NCBI GenBank assembly: GCA_045637205.1
Contig: JAZTYY010000011.1
Location: 1-50,566 of the forward strand
Reading direction: 5' to 3'
Source: Eubacteriales bacterium
Lineage (GTDB): Bacteria; Bacillota; Clostridia; Oscillospirales; CAG-272
Length of the DNA: 50,566 bases
The notes beneath the pieces were generated by a model, which saw nothing but the letters and a program-made list of their open reading frames with translations, was not told where the DNA came from and did no database searches. Shown here one piece after another: positions 17,370 through 27,394 of the stretch. The number at the start of each line of letters is the position of its first letter. Within the stretch, counting starts at the first letter, position 1. Made by a program: the position numbers and the translations under genes.

Positions 17370-18386
17370 ATGGTAAACGTAGGAATTGTGGGCGTAGGTA
17401 CATACTTGCCCAAAAACATAATGACTGCAAAAGAAATTTCCGATGCTACAGGCGGCGTTTGGAGTGAGGACGCAGTTAGAGATAAGCTTGGTATCAACCA
17501 AAAGTACATGCCCTCAAATGAAGCTTGCGACGGCACACAGGAAATGGGTGCTTTGGCAGCTCTTAAATGCCTTGAAAATTGTGGAGTTGATCCACTTGAA
17601 ATCGATGCTATCCTTTGTATTACTGAGGAGTGGAAGGAATATCCTCTCACAACAAGTGCTTGCTATGTTCAGGATAGAATCGGAGCAAAGAACGCATGGG
17701 GTATCGACGTTCAAAATCGTTGCTGCACAGCGGTTTCTGCTATGAAGCTTGCAAAGGATATGCTCATTGCTGATGACGAAATCAATACAGTTCTTGTTTG
17801 CGGTGGTTACCGTAACTGTGATTTCATCGACTATAAGGACAGTGGTGTTTCCTTTATGTTTAACCTTGGCGCAGGTGGTGGCGCAATCCTTCTTAAGAAG
17901 AATTACGGCAAGAACTTGCTTCTTGGTACACACCTTATGAGTGACGGTAGCGTTGTTCATACATGCGGCTCTAAGGTGGGCGGTATCAATGAGCCTGTAA
18001 CTGCGGAAAATTATAAGGAATACGGTATGCTTCGTCTTATGGACTCTCCCAAGATGAAGGGACTTCTTAATACCGTTTCAATGCCCAACTGGTATCATTG
18101 CATTGATGAGGCGCTTCGCAAGTCAGGAAAGACTCGTGAGGATATTGATTACCTTTCAATTCTTCACATTAAGAGAAGTGGACACAAGGCAATGCTTGCT
18201 GATCTTGGACTTAGAGAAGACCAGACAATTTATCTTGAAGATTACGGTCACATTGGACAGATTGACCAGATTCTCTCTCTTGAACTTGCGCTTAAAGAGG
18301 GCAAGGTTAAGGCTGGCGATACAGTATGTATGATTGCAGCAGGTATTGGTTATACTTGGGCAGCAAATATCATTCAGTGGGGATAA
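17370..18386 (+). CDS. Atypical 3-oxoacyl-ACP synthase III (FabH-fold) protein
   Basis: VGIVGVGTYLP, DVQNRCC, ILHIKRSGH, YGHIGQIDQ, AGIGYTW; His where FabH has Asn. Confidence 0.82.
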   Translation: MVNVGIVGVGTYLPKNIMTAKEISDATGGVWSEDAVRDKLGINQKYMPSNEACDGTQEMGALAALKCLENCGVDPLEIDAILCITEEWKEYPLTTSACYVQDRIGAKNAWGIDVQNRCCTAVSAMKLAKDMLIADDEINTVLVCGGYRNCDFIDYKDSGVSFMFNLGAGGGAILLKKNYGKNLLLGTHLMSDGSVVHTCGSKVGGINEPVTAENYKEYGMLRLMDSPKMKGLLNTVSMPNWYHCIDEALRKSGKTREDIDYLSILHIKRSGHKAMLADLGLREDQTIYLEDYGHIGQIDQILSLELALKEGKVKAGDTVCMIAAGIGYTWAANIIQWG

Positions 18387-18389
18387 AAT

Positions 18390-19304
18390 ATGGTTCAATT
18401 AATTAACACATTATTGATAGCTTTAATACCAATGTGTGTTACAGCCATTGTAACAATGGCAATTACCCTTATATTTAGAACATCATTTACAACAAACTTT
18501 TCACAGGGCGTTATTTCGGCATTCGGTTCATATGTTGCTTCATGGGCAATAATTAAGGCTGATTTGCCCGTAATTGTTGCGTTGCCCCTTTCAATGCTTG
18601 CGGCAATGGCAATTGCTATCTTCGTTGACGTTGGTCTTTTCAGAACGGGTAGATACGTTAACGCTCTTTCAAAGCAAATTATCACAATGGGACTTATATC
18701 AATTATTACAGGTATTATCCCCGTAATTTTTGGTACTATTGAAAAGTATAATATCGACTCTTTGGTAAAGGGTAACCTTTCTATTGAGGTTAAGGGAGAT
18801 GCAGCAATATCCGTTACCTACAATGCCTTGGTATGGGTTGCAGTTACCGCGGCTGTAATCGGTGTTATATTTGTATTGCTTCGTTACAGTAAATGGGGAC
18901 TTTCAGTTCGTGCAACTGCTTCTAACGAATACGTTGCCGGAATGATGGGTATCAATACACACGTTGTTACAGCTCTTTCATGGGGTATTGCCGGTGCACT
19001 CGGTGCTTTGGCAGCTTACATGAAGGCATCAAGCACAAACGTAGTAAATAGTTACTTTATGACAGAATATCAGGTAAGTGCCTTCTTGGCAGGTATCCTT
19101 GGCGGTTTCTCAACCTTCCACGGTCCTGTAATTTGTGCATTCCTTATTCCTCTTGCAGAAAGTCTTATTTACGCTATATTTAATATGGTGGGACTTTCTG
19201 AATACACAAGCTGGTCAAAGGTAATTGTTTACGCAATCGCATTGGTTATTATTTTCATCAATCCACAGGGAATCTTTGGCAAAAAGATAGCAAAGAAGGT
19301 GTAA
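18390..19304 (+). CDS. Liv-type (HAAT) ABC transporter permease, LivH-like
   Basis: TNFSQG, SKWGLSVRATASN...AGMMGIN, GILGG. Confidence 0.88.
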   Translation: MVQLINTLLIALIPMCVTAIVTMAITLIFRTSFTTNFSQGVISAFGSYVASWAIIKADLPVIVALPLSMLAAMAIAIFVDVGLFRTGRYVNALSKQIITMGLISIITGIIPVIFGTIEKYNIDSLVKGNLSIEVKGDAAISVTYNALVWVAVTAAVIGVIFVLLRYSKWGLSVRATASNEYVAGMMGINTHVVTALSWGIAGALGALAAYMKASSTNVVNSYFMTEYQVSAFLAGILGGFSTFHGPVICAFLIPLAESLIYAIFNMVGLSEYTSWSKVIVYAIALVIIFINPQGIFGKKIAKKV

Positions 19305-19307
19305 TGT

Positions 19308-20432
19308 ATGAATAAGTATTTAAGAAAAAATTATGCCTTGCTTGGTAGAGAAGTAAAATCCGATGACAGATTTACAAAAGCATTAAGAAGTATTATTAAA
19401 ACACCCTCGCTTCACTTTATCCTCTTTGGAGTGGTAATGTGCATCGTTGGTTATCTTATGGCAAACAAGATTTTGCCTTATTCATGGCAGTCATCATTTG
19501 CAACAACGTTTGCATTTGCTATTGCATCAATCGGCTTTTGTCTTTTGATGGGATACTCAGGACTTGCATCCTTGGGTACGGGTGGCTTTATCGGTATCGG
19601 TACTTATGCCGTGCACTACGTAATGGTAGAGTCAAAGCTTCCTTTTGGCGTTGCAGTTTTGGTTGCACTTGTAATCGCAGTTGTAATTGGTTTAATTGTC
19701 GGCTTTATATCTTTGAGAATTGAAGGTATCTACCTTGTAATTCTTACACTTGCATTGTCTGAGATTTTGAGATCTCTCTATGCAGCTGTTGAGCCCACAA
19801 TTATTCTTAGCATGAAGAATACGGTTCTTTTCGGAAGAAGATTCCCAAGAACACAATCCTTGATGTTAGTGTCGATAGTGCTGGTCATTATCATGATAAT
19901 CACAAGTAACCTTATTAATAGCCCCACGGGACGTGCAATGCTTGCTATGAAGAATAGTACAGCAGCTGCACAGGCAATGGGAATAAGTCTTATTAAGTAT
20001 AGACTTATGGCATTCGTTATTTGTACAGCATATGCCGCTATTACAGGTACACTTTTGATGATGGTAGTTGGCTCAGCTGACGCTATCGACTCAACCAGCC
20101 CCTATGCTCTTATTACCTCACTTAATATTTTGGCTGCGGTAATTGTTGGTGGATATAAATCCATTTGGGGTGCGATTTTTGGAACGTTCATCATGTGTGG
20201 TGGCTTCCAGCTTGTAGTATTGCAAAATGATACTGTTAAAAACTTCTTTGAAAGAATTTTGCCCGGTATAGACTCTGACACAATTATCACTCTTCTTTCA
20301 GGTGTTTTGGTAATTGTTGTTGTAATGTTCTTCCCAGGCGGTCTTGCACAGCTTCTTGTTGAGCTTAAGGCAAAAATAAAAGCACTTATAAAGAAGATTA
20401 GGGAGGGTATTTATGGCAAAGATCTCGGATAA
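19308..20432 (+). CDS. Liv-type ABC transporter permease, LivM-like
   Basis: GYSGLASLG, YLVILTLA, SPTGRAMLAMK, FFPGGL. Confidence 0.88.
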   Translation: MNKYLRKNYALLGREVKSDDRFTKALRSIIKTPSLHFILFGVVMCIVGYLMANKILPYSWQSSFATTFAFAIASIGFCLLMGYSGLASLGTGGFIGIGTYAVHYVMVESKLPFGVAVLVALVIAVVIGLIVGFISLRIEGIYLVILTLALSEILRSLYAAVEPTIILSMKNTVLFGRRFPRTQSLMLVSIVLVIIMIITSNLINSPTGRAMLAMKNSTAAAQAMGISLIKYRLMAFVICTAYAAITGTLLMMVVGSADAIDSTSPYALITSLNILAAVIVGGYKSIWGAIFGTFIMCGGFQLVVLQNDTVKNFFERILPGIDSDTIITLLSGVLVIVVVMFFPGGLAQLLVELKAKIKALIKKIREGIYGKDLG

Positions 20433-21837
20433 AATCAACTCCCTTAATCAGCAAAAATTAATAAAAATTTATCGCAATATTGAATTCTACCGTGCAGAAA
20501 TGAACGGTCTTGAAGAAAAATATCAAGCGATAGTTGATCGCAAGCTCAATGCCTTTTTAAGAAAGGGAAATAAGCAGCTTTCAAAGCCTGCATTTAAGGC
20601 TTGTGATAAAAACGAATACGCGGAGACCGTTATCGCGTATAAGCTTCAAAAATATGACGTAAAAGCATATATGAAGCATAGAAAAATCAAGCACGGTGCT
20701 GCAAAGAAAATCTTTGCAAAAATGAGAAAAAATGAGGATTATTCTGAGGTTTTGTATGAAGCATATAGAAAGCTTGTTACATTAAGAGCCAACAGAAATG
20801 AATTCATTTGGGATCTTGAGTGCGATAAACAGGAATTTGTTGAAAAGAATCGTATAGGCAGTGCTGAAATATACTTAGCTAAAAAAGAAAAGCTTGAGCA
20901 AGAGTACTATTCTTATAAAATTCGTGTTGAACAAAAATACAATCAAAAGCTTATTTCCGATACAAAGCGCTTGCAAAATAAGATTGATGCTGCTGAAATC
21001 AAGTCTGCAGAAATCAAGGCAAAGCTTCCAAAGGCGCATCAGTTGCCCGACGACGTTCTTCTTGAGGTTAAGGGACTTAAAATGTACTTTGGCGGTCTTA
21101 AGGCGGTTGATGACCTCACCTTTAACGTAAAGAAGGGTGAAATTTTCGGACTTATCGGCCCTAACGGTGCAGGTAAGACAACAGTATTTAACTGTATTAC
21201 CCGTTTCTATGATGCAACGGGTGGTGACATGCACTTTGAAAATAAATATGGCGAGGTTGTTGACCTTCGCAATTTCAAGGTACATGATATTATTCTTCAG
21301 GGTATTGGAAGAACATTCCAAAACATTGAGCTTGTAAAGGAAATTTCAGTTCTTGAAAACCTTCTTGTTGCAAGTACAAGAAGCTATAGAACGGGTTTCT
21401 TTGGCCATATGATTGGTCTCCCCTCACTTAAGAAGGAGGACAAGATGCTTCGTGCTAAGGCAATGAAGATTCTTGAATTTATGGACCTTGACCGTTATGC
21501 TGCTTGGTATGCGATGGGACTTCCTTACGGTATTTTGAAGAAGGTTGAAATAGCGCGTGCACTTATGGCAGACGCAAAGCTTATTATTATGGATGAGCCT
21601 GCTGCAGGTCTTAACGATACTGAAACAGCTGAGCTTACTGAAACAATTCGCAAGATTAGAGACGAATTTGGCGTAACTATTTTGCTTGTTGAACACGATA
21701 TGAGCCTTGTAATGAACGTTTGTGACACAGTTTGTGCTATTAGCTTTGGTCAAATGCTTGGAATTGGTACAACTGAAGAAATTCAGCAAAACGTAGCGGT
21801 TCAAGAGGCATATCTTGGTGTTGCGGAGGAGGAGTAA
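20413..21837 (+). CDS. Liv-type ABC ATPase (LivG-like) with ~210-aa N-terminal extension
   Basis: [35 protein letters not shown], all in the C-terminal half. Confidence 0.88.
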   Translation: MAKISDKINSLNQQKLIKIYRNIEFYRAEMNGLEEKYQAIVDRKLNAFLRKGNKQLSKPAFKACDKNEYAETVIAYKLQKYDVKAYMKHRKIKHGAAKKIFAKMRKNEDYSEVLYEAYRKLVTLRANRNEFIWDLECDKQEFVEKNRIGSAEIYLAKKEKLEQEYYSYKIRVEQKYNQKLISDTKRLQNKIDAAEIKSAEIKAKLPKAHQLPDDVLLEVKGLKMYFGGLKAVDDLTFNVKKGEIFGLIGPNGAGKTTVFNCITRFYDATGGDMHFENKYGEVVDLRNFKVHDIILQGIGRTFQNIELVKEISVLENLLVASTRSYRTGFFGHMIGLPSLKKEDKMLRAKAMKILEFMDLDRYAAWYAMGLPYGILKKVEIARALMADAKLIIMDEPAAGLNDTETAELTETIRKIRDEFGVTILLVEHDMSLVMNVCDTVCAISFGQMLGIGTTEEIQQNVAVQEAYLGVAEEE

Positions 21838-21838
21838 T

Positions 21839-22555
21839 ATGGGTGAACTTTTAAAGATTTCCAATCTCAAACTCAATTATGGTCCTATCGCGGCTATCAA
21901 GGGCATCGACCTCACGGTAGGAGAGGGAAAAATTGTTGCTATTCTTGGTGCAAACGGTGCGGGAAAAACCTCAACTCTTAAGGTTATTTCAGGTCTTTTC
22001 AAGCCCACCGAAGGAGAAATTTACTTTGACGGCAAAAAGATAAGTGGAAAGCCTGCGCACAAGGTTGCAAAAATGGGTATTATGCAATCCCCTGAAGGAC
22101 GTCACGTTCTTATCGGTCTTACTGTTGAAGAAAACCTTCGTGTTGGTGCATATAATATAAGAAATAAGGAAGAACTTAGAAGAAACTTTGAGCGTGTTTA
22201 CACTCTTTTCCCAAGACTTAAGGAAAGAGCAAAGCAGCAATCCTCAACACTTTCTGGTGGTGAACAGCAGATGCTTGCAATTGGACGCGCGCTTATGGGC
22301 TCACCCAAGCTCCTTATTCTTGACGAGCCATCACTTGGACTTGCCCCCTTGCTTATTAAGGATATTTTTAATACCCTTGTTAAGATTAAAGAGGAGGGAA
22401 CAACTATCCTTATCGTTGAGCAAAATGCTCTTGCAACCTTAAAGATAGCTGACTATGCATACGTGCTTGAGCTTGGTAAAATAAGCATGCACGGTAAATC
22501 AGAGGATCTCATCAAGGATGAGCGCCTCATTGCCGCATACCTTGGCGGTAAATAA
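21839..22555 (+). CDS. Liv-type ABC ATPase (LivF-like)
   Basis: GANGAGKTS, PEGR, LSGGEQQMLAIGRALM, LDEPSLGLAP; ATG 21839 behind GGAGGAG. Confidence 0.92.
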   Translation: MGELLKISNLKLNYGPIAAIKGIDLTVGEGKIVAILGANGAGKTSTLKVISGLFKPTEGEIYFDGKKISGKPAHKVAKMGIMQSPEGRHVLIGLTVEENLRVGAYNIRNKEELRRNFERVYTLFPRLKERAKQQSSTLSGGEQQMLAIGRALMGSPKLLILDEPSLGLAPLLIKDIFNTLVKIKEEGTTILIVEQNALATLKIADYAYVLELGKISMHGKSEDLIKDERLIAAYLGGK

Positions 22556-22622
22556 GGTAAAAAACATAAGCATTACACCTATAAAACGGTGATGTTATAA
22601 AATCAAATCAAGGAGAAAATTT

Positions 22623-24092
22623 ATGAAAAACACATTCACAAAACTTCTTTCATTGGCACTTGTGCTTATAATTTCTCTTGGCGCATTGACAGCTTGTCCT
22701 GTTGATGAAACAAGTGAGGGTGCAAAGATTAGCACTGATGTTTATGAAGGCGACGTAATTTGGGTTGGTAACACAGCTGGTACAACAGGCCCTATGGCTA
22801 GCATTGGTGTACCTTTTAATCTTGGTATTAACGCTGCATTTGCTGAATACAATGCAAATGGTGGTTTCAATGGCAAGACAGTAGCTCTTAAGCACTATGA
22901 CGATAAGGGTGTAGCAACAAACTCTGTATCCCTTATGGAAAAGCTCATCTATGATGATGAAGTATTTGCAATCGTTGGTAACTACGGTGGTTATGCTCTT
23001 AACGTAAACCTTGACATTCTTAAAGAAGAATGCGTTCCCATGATTTATGCAGCAGCAGGTATTGATGCACTTTACAATGATAATGCTATAAGCGACGGTG
23101 ACAGATGTATCTTCCCCGTACAGCCTCTTAATAAGACAGAAGGCCGTTCACTCATCGTTCGTGCATTTGCAAGCGCATTGACAGCTGATGGCACTCTTAC
23201 AGGTGGTCTTGGAGCAACTAAGGTAGGCGTTCTTGCAAACCAGACAGAAGCTTCTCAGGGTATCCTTCGTGGTGTTAAGCTTGAAGCTGAAACACTTCCC
23301 GCATCTAAGAGAGATAACATCGTATACCAGGAAGTTCCTGGCTCCGACTTTGGTGCAGCAGCAACCTCCATCGTTTCTCAGAACTGTGACACAGTTATCG
23401 TAACCGTAACAGGTGACGATTTCGTAGCAGCTCTTACGGCATTGCAGCAGGCAAACTTCAAGGGTAACGTTCTTACATCCTACAACAACGCATCCGCTGA
23501 CGTTCTCAACGGTGGCGACGGTAAGATGACAGCAGCAGGTAAGGAAATCATGGATAGCATGACAATTTACGCTCAGGGGTGGCTTGACGTTACATCCACA
23601 ACATACGTTTACAATAAGGATACAGCACTCTTTAGAACATACAAGATGCAGGATTCTAAGCTTTACGGTGAGGGCGTTGTAGGCTTCACAGAAAGCTATT
23701 GGAACGTTGCTGAAGCAATCTTCAGCTATGGTTATACAGTAGATAAGGGCTCCGCTTGGGCAATGAGCTACAACTCATATGCACTTGCAGGCTATATCGC
23801 AGGTAACCTTTTCTGCCAGGCACTCGAAGAGCTTGAAAAATCCGGCAAGGAACTCACAAGAGCTAACCTTGTTGAAATCATGGAAATAACAGAACTTCAG
23901 GTAGCAATGGCTGAAACAATTTCTTATGCTGACGGCGCAAGAACAGGCGTTGAAAAGTTCTCAGTAGCAGTATTCGTTGACACAGCTGATGAAGCATTTG
24001 GTGAAAACGCAACTTCCGACCACGTAGCAGCAAGTGCTGCATTCTCAGGTCTTCAGACAATTGACGCACTTAGAGATTACATTACAGACTAA
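22623..24092 (+). CDS. Liv-type ABC substrate-binding lipoprotein
   Basis: Lipobox LTAC; TGPMASIG, NANGGFNGK, YDD, DEVFAIVG periplasmic binding protein type 1 motifs. Confidence 0.85.
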   Translation: MKNTFTKLLSLALVLIISLGALTACPVDETSEGAKISTDVYEGDVIWVGNTAGTTGPMASIGVPFNLGINAAFAEYNANGGFNGKTVALKHYDDKGVATNSVSLMEKLIYDDEVFAIVGNYGGYALNVNLDILKEECVPMIYAAAGIDALYNDNAISDGDRCIFPVQPLNKTEGRSLIVRAFASALTADGTLTGGLGATKVGVLANQTEASQGILRGVKLEAETLPASKRDNIVYQEVPGSDFGAAATSIVSQNCDTVIVTVTGDDFVAALTALQQANFKGNVLTSYNNASADVLNGGDGKMTAAGKEIMDSMTIYAQGWLDVTSTTYVYNKDTALFRTYKMQDSKLYGEGVVGFTESYWNVAEAIFSYGYTVDKGSAWAMSYNSYALAGYIAGNLFCQALEELEKSGKELTRANLVEIMEITELQVAMAETISYADGARTGVEKFSVAVFVDTADEAFGENATSDHVAASAAFSGLQTIDALRDYITD

Positions 24093-24107
24093 TTAATTAA
24101 CATTATA

Positions 24108-24130
24108 TCCCCGCCCGTAATGGGCGGGGA
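24108..24130 (+). terminator. GC-rich stem-loop after the binding-protein gene (mRNA stabiliser or weak terminator)
   Basis: TCCCCGCCC-gtaat-GGGCGGGGA with no T-tract. Confidence 0.5.
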
Positions 24131-24245
24131 ATACCCCTAAAACTTACTAAAGCAAATTTACATATAAAACACTAACTTTGAAAATAATACGCCACAGCGT
24201 TTAAAATAGATAATAAAATTAACTATAAAAAAGGAGAATACAACA

Positions 24246-25550
24246 ATGGCAAAATACGTATCAATTCAAGAAGCTCTTGCTCTCGTAAAATCAGGTGACT
24301 ACATCGTAACGGGTCTTGGCGCTGCTGAGGGTAGAGAATTTATGACAAATCTTCACACTATTGCAGGTAACGTTAAGGGAGTTATGGTTAGCAACTGTCT
24401 TCCCATGGGCGCTTATGAGTTTATGGTAAATCCTGAATATAAGGAATCATTTAGAACTGAGGGATGGTTCTATACTCCTGTACTTAGAAAGGCACATGCA
24501 AACGGAAATATTAGCTTTATTTATAATCACTTGCACTTGGCTTCATTCAAGCGTCTTTGCTATCGCAAGCCCGACATCTACGTTGGTATTGCTTCAATGC
24601 CCGACAAGCACGGCTACGTATCCCTCTCCACTTCAAATACATATGAAATGGCAATGATTAAAGAGGCTAAGACAGTTATTCTTGAAATCAACCCCAATGC
24701 ACCCAGAACATTTGGTGACGTTCAGCTTCACCTTAACGATATTGATTACGTTGTTGAATGTGACTATGCATTGCCCGAAATTGCTGATGCTGAGCCCAAT
24801 GAAAAGGATCTTATCATCGGTAAGACAATTGCAGGCATGATTAATGACGGTGACTGCATCCAGCTCGGTATTGGTGGTATCCCCAATGCTGTTGCAGCTT
24901 CTCTTATGGATAAAAAGGACCTTGGTGTTCACACTGAAATGCTTACAAGTGGTATGGTTAAGCTTGCAAAGGCAGGCGTTATCACAGGCAAGTGCAAGCA
25001 GACACACAAGGGTAAGATGGTTGCTGCATTTGCTATGGGTACAAAGGAGCTTTACGACTTCATTGACGATAATCCCGCAGTTTGTATTATGGATGGCGCA
25101 TACGTAAATGATCCTCATACAATTTCACAAAACGAAAATCAGGTTTCTATTAACTCCACAATCGAAATCGACCTCTTTGGTCAGTGCTGCTCTGAATCCA
25201 TCGGTCATGTTCAGTTCTCCGGCACAGGCGGACAGGCTGATACAGCAATTGGTGCACAGAAGTCCAAGAACGGTAAGTCAATTATTGCTCTTTACTCAAC
25301 AGCAATGGTTAAGGATAAGGCAACAGGCGAAAGAAAAGAAACATCTAAGATTGTTCCTCTTCTTAAGCAGGGCGCAGCGGTTTCTCTTTCAAGAAACGAT
25401 ATCGACTGGCTCGTAACTGAATTTGGTGCAGTAAACCTTCGTGGTACAGCTATGGAAGAAAGAGCAAAGCTCATTATTTCCGTTGCACATCCCGACTTTA
25501 GAGAGCAGCTCACAAAAGAAGCAATTGCTCTTGGAATTATTGCAGGCTAA
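24246..25550 (+). CDS. Acetyl-CoA hydrolase/transferase family CoA transferase (4-hydroxybutyrate/butyrate CoA-transferase-like)
   Basis: QLGIGGIPNAV, GVHTEM, SGTGGQAD, VTEFG, AHPDFRE. Confidence 0.9.
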   Translation: MAKYVSIQEALALVKSGDYIVTGLGAAEGREFMTNLHTIAGNVKGVMVSNCLPMGAYEFMVNPEYKESFRTEGWFYTPVLRKAHANGNISFIYNHLHLASFKRLCYRKPDIYVGIASMPDKHGYVSLSTSNTYEMAMIKEAKTVILEINPNAPRTFGDVQLHLNDIDYVVECDYALPEIADAEPNEKDLIIGKTIAGMINDGDCIQLGIGGIPNAVAASLMDKKDLGVHTEMLTSGMVKLAKAGVITGKCKQTHKGKMVAAFAMGTKELYDFIDDNPAVCIMDGAYVNDPHTISQNENQVSINSTIEIDLFGQCCSESIGHVQFSGTGGQADTAIGAQKSKNGKSIIALYSTAMVKDKATGERKETSKIVPLLKQGAAVSLSRNDIDWLVTEFGAVNLRGTAMEERAKLIISVAHPDFREQLTKEAIALGIIAG

Positions 25551-25563
25551 TTGAGGAAATATT

Positions 25564-26385
25564 ATGGCATTCTTTGATTTTGAAGGCAAAAAGGTTTATT
25601 ATGAGATTCACGGTGAGAGTGGTGAGCCCCTTCTTATTCTAAACGGAATAATGATGTCCACTAATTCTTGGCGTCCAATGCTCAAAAACCTTTCAAAAAA
25701 TAACGTAGCAATTCTTGTTGACTTCCTTGACCAGGGTCAGTCCTCAAGAATGACTGAAGGCTATACACATGCAATTCAAGTTAGACTTCTTGATGCGCTT
25801 TTAGATATTCTTCCTTATGAAAAGGTAAGCATTATGGGAATTTCCTATGGCGGTGAGGTTGCAATTCAGTATGCAGTTGAGCATCCTGAAAGAGTGCGCC
25901 GACTTGTGCTTGCCAATACTTGTGGAAGAACAAGTGATTGGCTTCGTAAAATTGGTGACGGTTGGAATGCCGTTGCAAGAACAGGTGACGGACTTGCATA
26001 TTATCTTACAACCATTCCCGTGATTTATTCCACACAGTTTTATGAGAAGCAGGCTGAATGGATGGAAAGAAGAGAGGGAACACTTATTCCTTATTTCTCA
26101 AATCCCGCAGTGCTTGAGGCACTTATTCGATTGACGGATAGTTCAAGAGATTATGACTATATGGATAGACTTTGCGAAATCAGTTGCCCAACACTTATAA
26201 TTTCAAGCTCAGAGGATGGGCTTGTTCCTCCCACAGAGCAAATTTTGCTTCACGAAAGAATTAAAGGTAGCAATTACGTTACGATAAACGGCTCAGGACA
26301 TGCAAGTATGTATGAGGATGCCAATTCGTTCTTGGCACTCACACTCGGATTTGTTAACCTTGATGACGAGCCTGTACAAATCTAA
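25564..26385 (+). CDS. Alpha/beta hydrolase
   Basis: LNGIMM oxyanion region, GISYGG nucleophile elbow, D(GLVP) and SGH triad residues. Confidence 0.88.
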   Translation: MAFFDFEGKKVYYEIHGESGEPLLILNGIMMSTNSWRPMLKNLSKNNVAILVDFLDQGQSSRMTEGYTHAIQVRLLDALLDILPYEKVSIMGISYGGEVAIQYAVEHPERVRRLVLANTCGRTSDWLRKIGDGWNAVARTGDGLAYYLTTIPVIYSTQFYEKQAEWMERREGTLIPYFSNPAVLEALIRLTDSSRDYDYMDRLCEISCPTLIISSSEDGLVPPTEQILLHERIKGSNYVTINGSGHASMYEDANSFLALTLGFVNLDDEPVQI

Positions 26386-26402
26386 ATTAAAGGAGATTAA
26401 CT

Positions 26403-27278
26403 ATGGAAAAGAAATTTATATCCATTGGTAGAGAAGAAATAGCATATCTTGACGAAGGCAAGGGCGACGTTGTACTTATGGTACATGGAAATATGTCCTC
26501 CTCCGTTCACTATGAGCCCCTTATTACAAGAATTAAGGATAAATATAGATGCATAGCACTCGACCTCCGTGGATTTGGTGACAGTAGCTACAATAACCGT
26601 TTTGATACACTTGAGGAGCTTGCTGATGACGTTGCACTCTTCATTGGTGCATTGGGACTTGGTAGTGTTTACCTTGTAGGTTGGTCAAACGGTGGTGGCG
26701 TTTCCCTTAAGCTTTGCGCAAAATATCCCGAAAAGGTTAAAAAGTTCTTTGACATTGAGGGCGCAGGTCATAAAGGCTATCCCGTTTATCAAAAAGAAAA
26801 CTATAAATCAACAGGCAAGCCCTATGCTTGTAAAGAGGATATGGCAAAGGACCCCATTCAGGTGCTTCCTGCTCTTGCTTGTTTTGAAAAGGGTGACTTT
26901 GCAACTATGACAGCTATTTGGGATGCAACTATTTACACAGTAAATAAGCCCACAACTGAGCAAAACGAGATTTGGATGAATGAAACGCTTAAGCAGAGAA
27001 ACCTTGTTGACCTTGACTGGGCACTTGCAAATCTTAATATGTCCAACGAATATACACCTTACGGCCCAGGTGACGGTTCAATCAATGATATTCAGTGTCC
27101 CGTTGCACTTACAATGGCTGAAAAGGATATCGTAGTACCGGATTATATGGTTATGGATAATTTCTTCGCACTTGGTGCAAAGGCAACACTTCTTCCTTAT
27201 GAAAACTGTGGACACTCTCCTATGGTTGACTGTCCCGATAAGCTTGCATTTGACGTTGTAGAATTTTTCTCAAAATAA
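26403..27278 (+). CDS. Alpha/beta hydrolase resembling Bacillus-type PHB depolymerase PhaZ
   Basis: HGNMSSS, ALDLRGFGDSSYN, GWSNGGG, KGYP, CGHSP; by recall these match the B. thuringiensis intracellular PhaZ pattern. Confidence 0.7.
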   Translation: MEKKFISIGREEIAYLDEGKGDVVLMVHGNMSSSVHYEPLITRIKDKYRCIALDLRGFGDSSYNNRFDTLEELADDVALFIGALGLGSVYLVGWSNGGGVSLKLCAKYPEKVKKFFDIEGAGHKGYPVYQKENYKSTGKPYACKEDMAKDPIQVLPALACFEKGDFATMTAIWDATIYTVNKPTTEQNEIWMNETLKQRNLVDLDWALANLNMSNEYTPYGPGDGSINDIQCPVALTMAEKDIVVPDYMVMDNFFALGAKATLLPYENCGHSPMVDCPDKLAFDVVEFFSK

Positions 27279-27290
27279 GTTAAAACAAAT

Positions 27291-27323
27291 AAAATCGCCA
27301 CCGATTATAAGGTGGCGATTTTT
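27291..27323 (+). terminator. Intrinsic terminator ending the catabolic locus
   Basis: AAAATCGCCACC...GGTGGCGATTTTT. Confidence 0.85.
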
Positions 27324-27394
27324 AATAAAATGTGCATAAATAGTTCACAATTTTGTTGTATAATAAAGGAAAGTAACGATCAAGGAGGAACTGA

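Noticed and set aside
12193-25589. Numerous 60-160 aa alternate-frame and antisense ORFs inside the catabolic operon
   Set aside because: Shadows of strongly codon-biased genes, with no RBS or motifs
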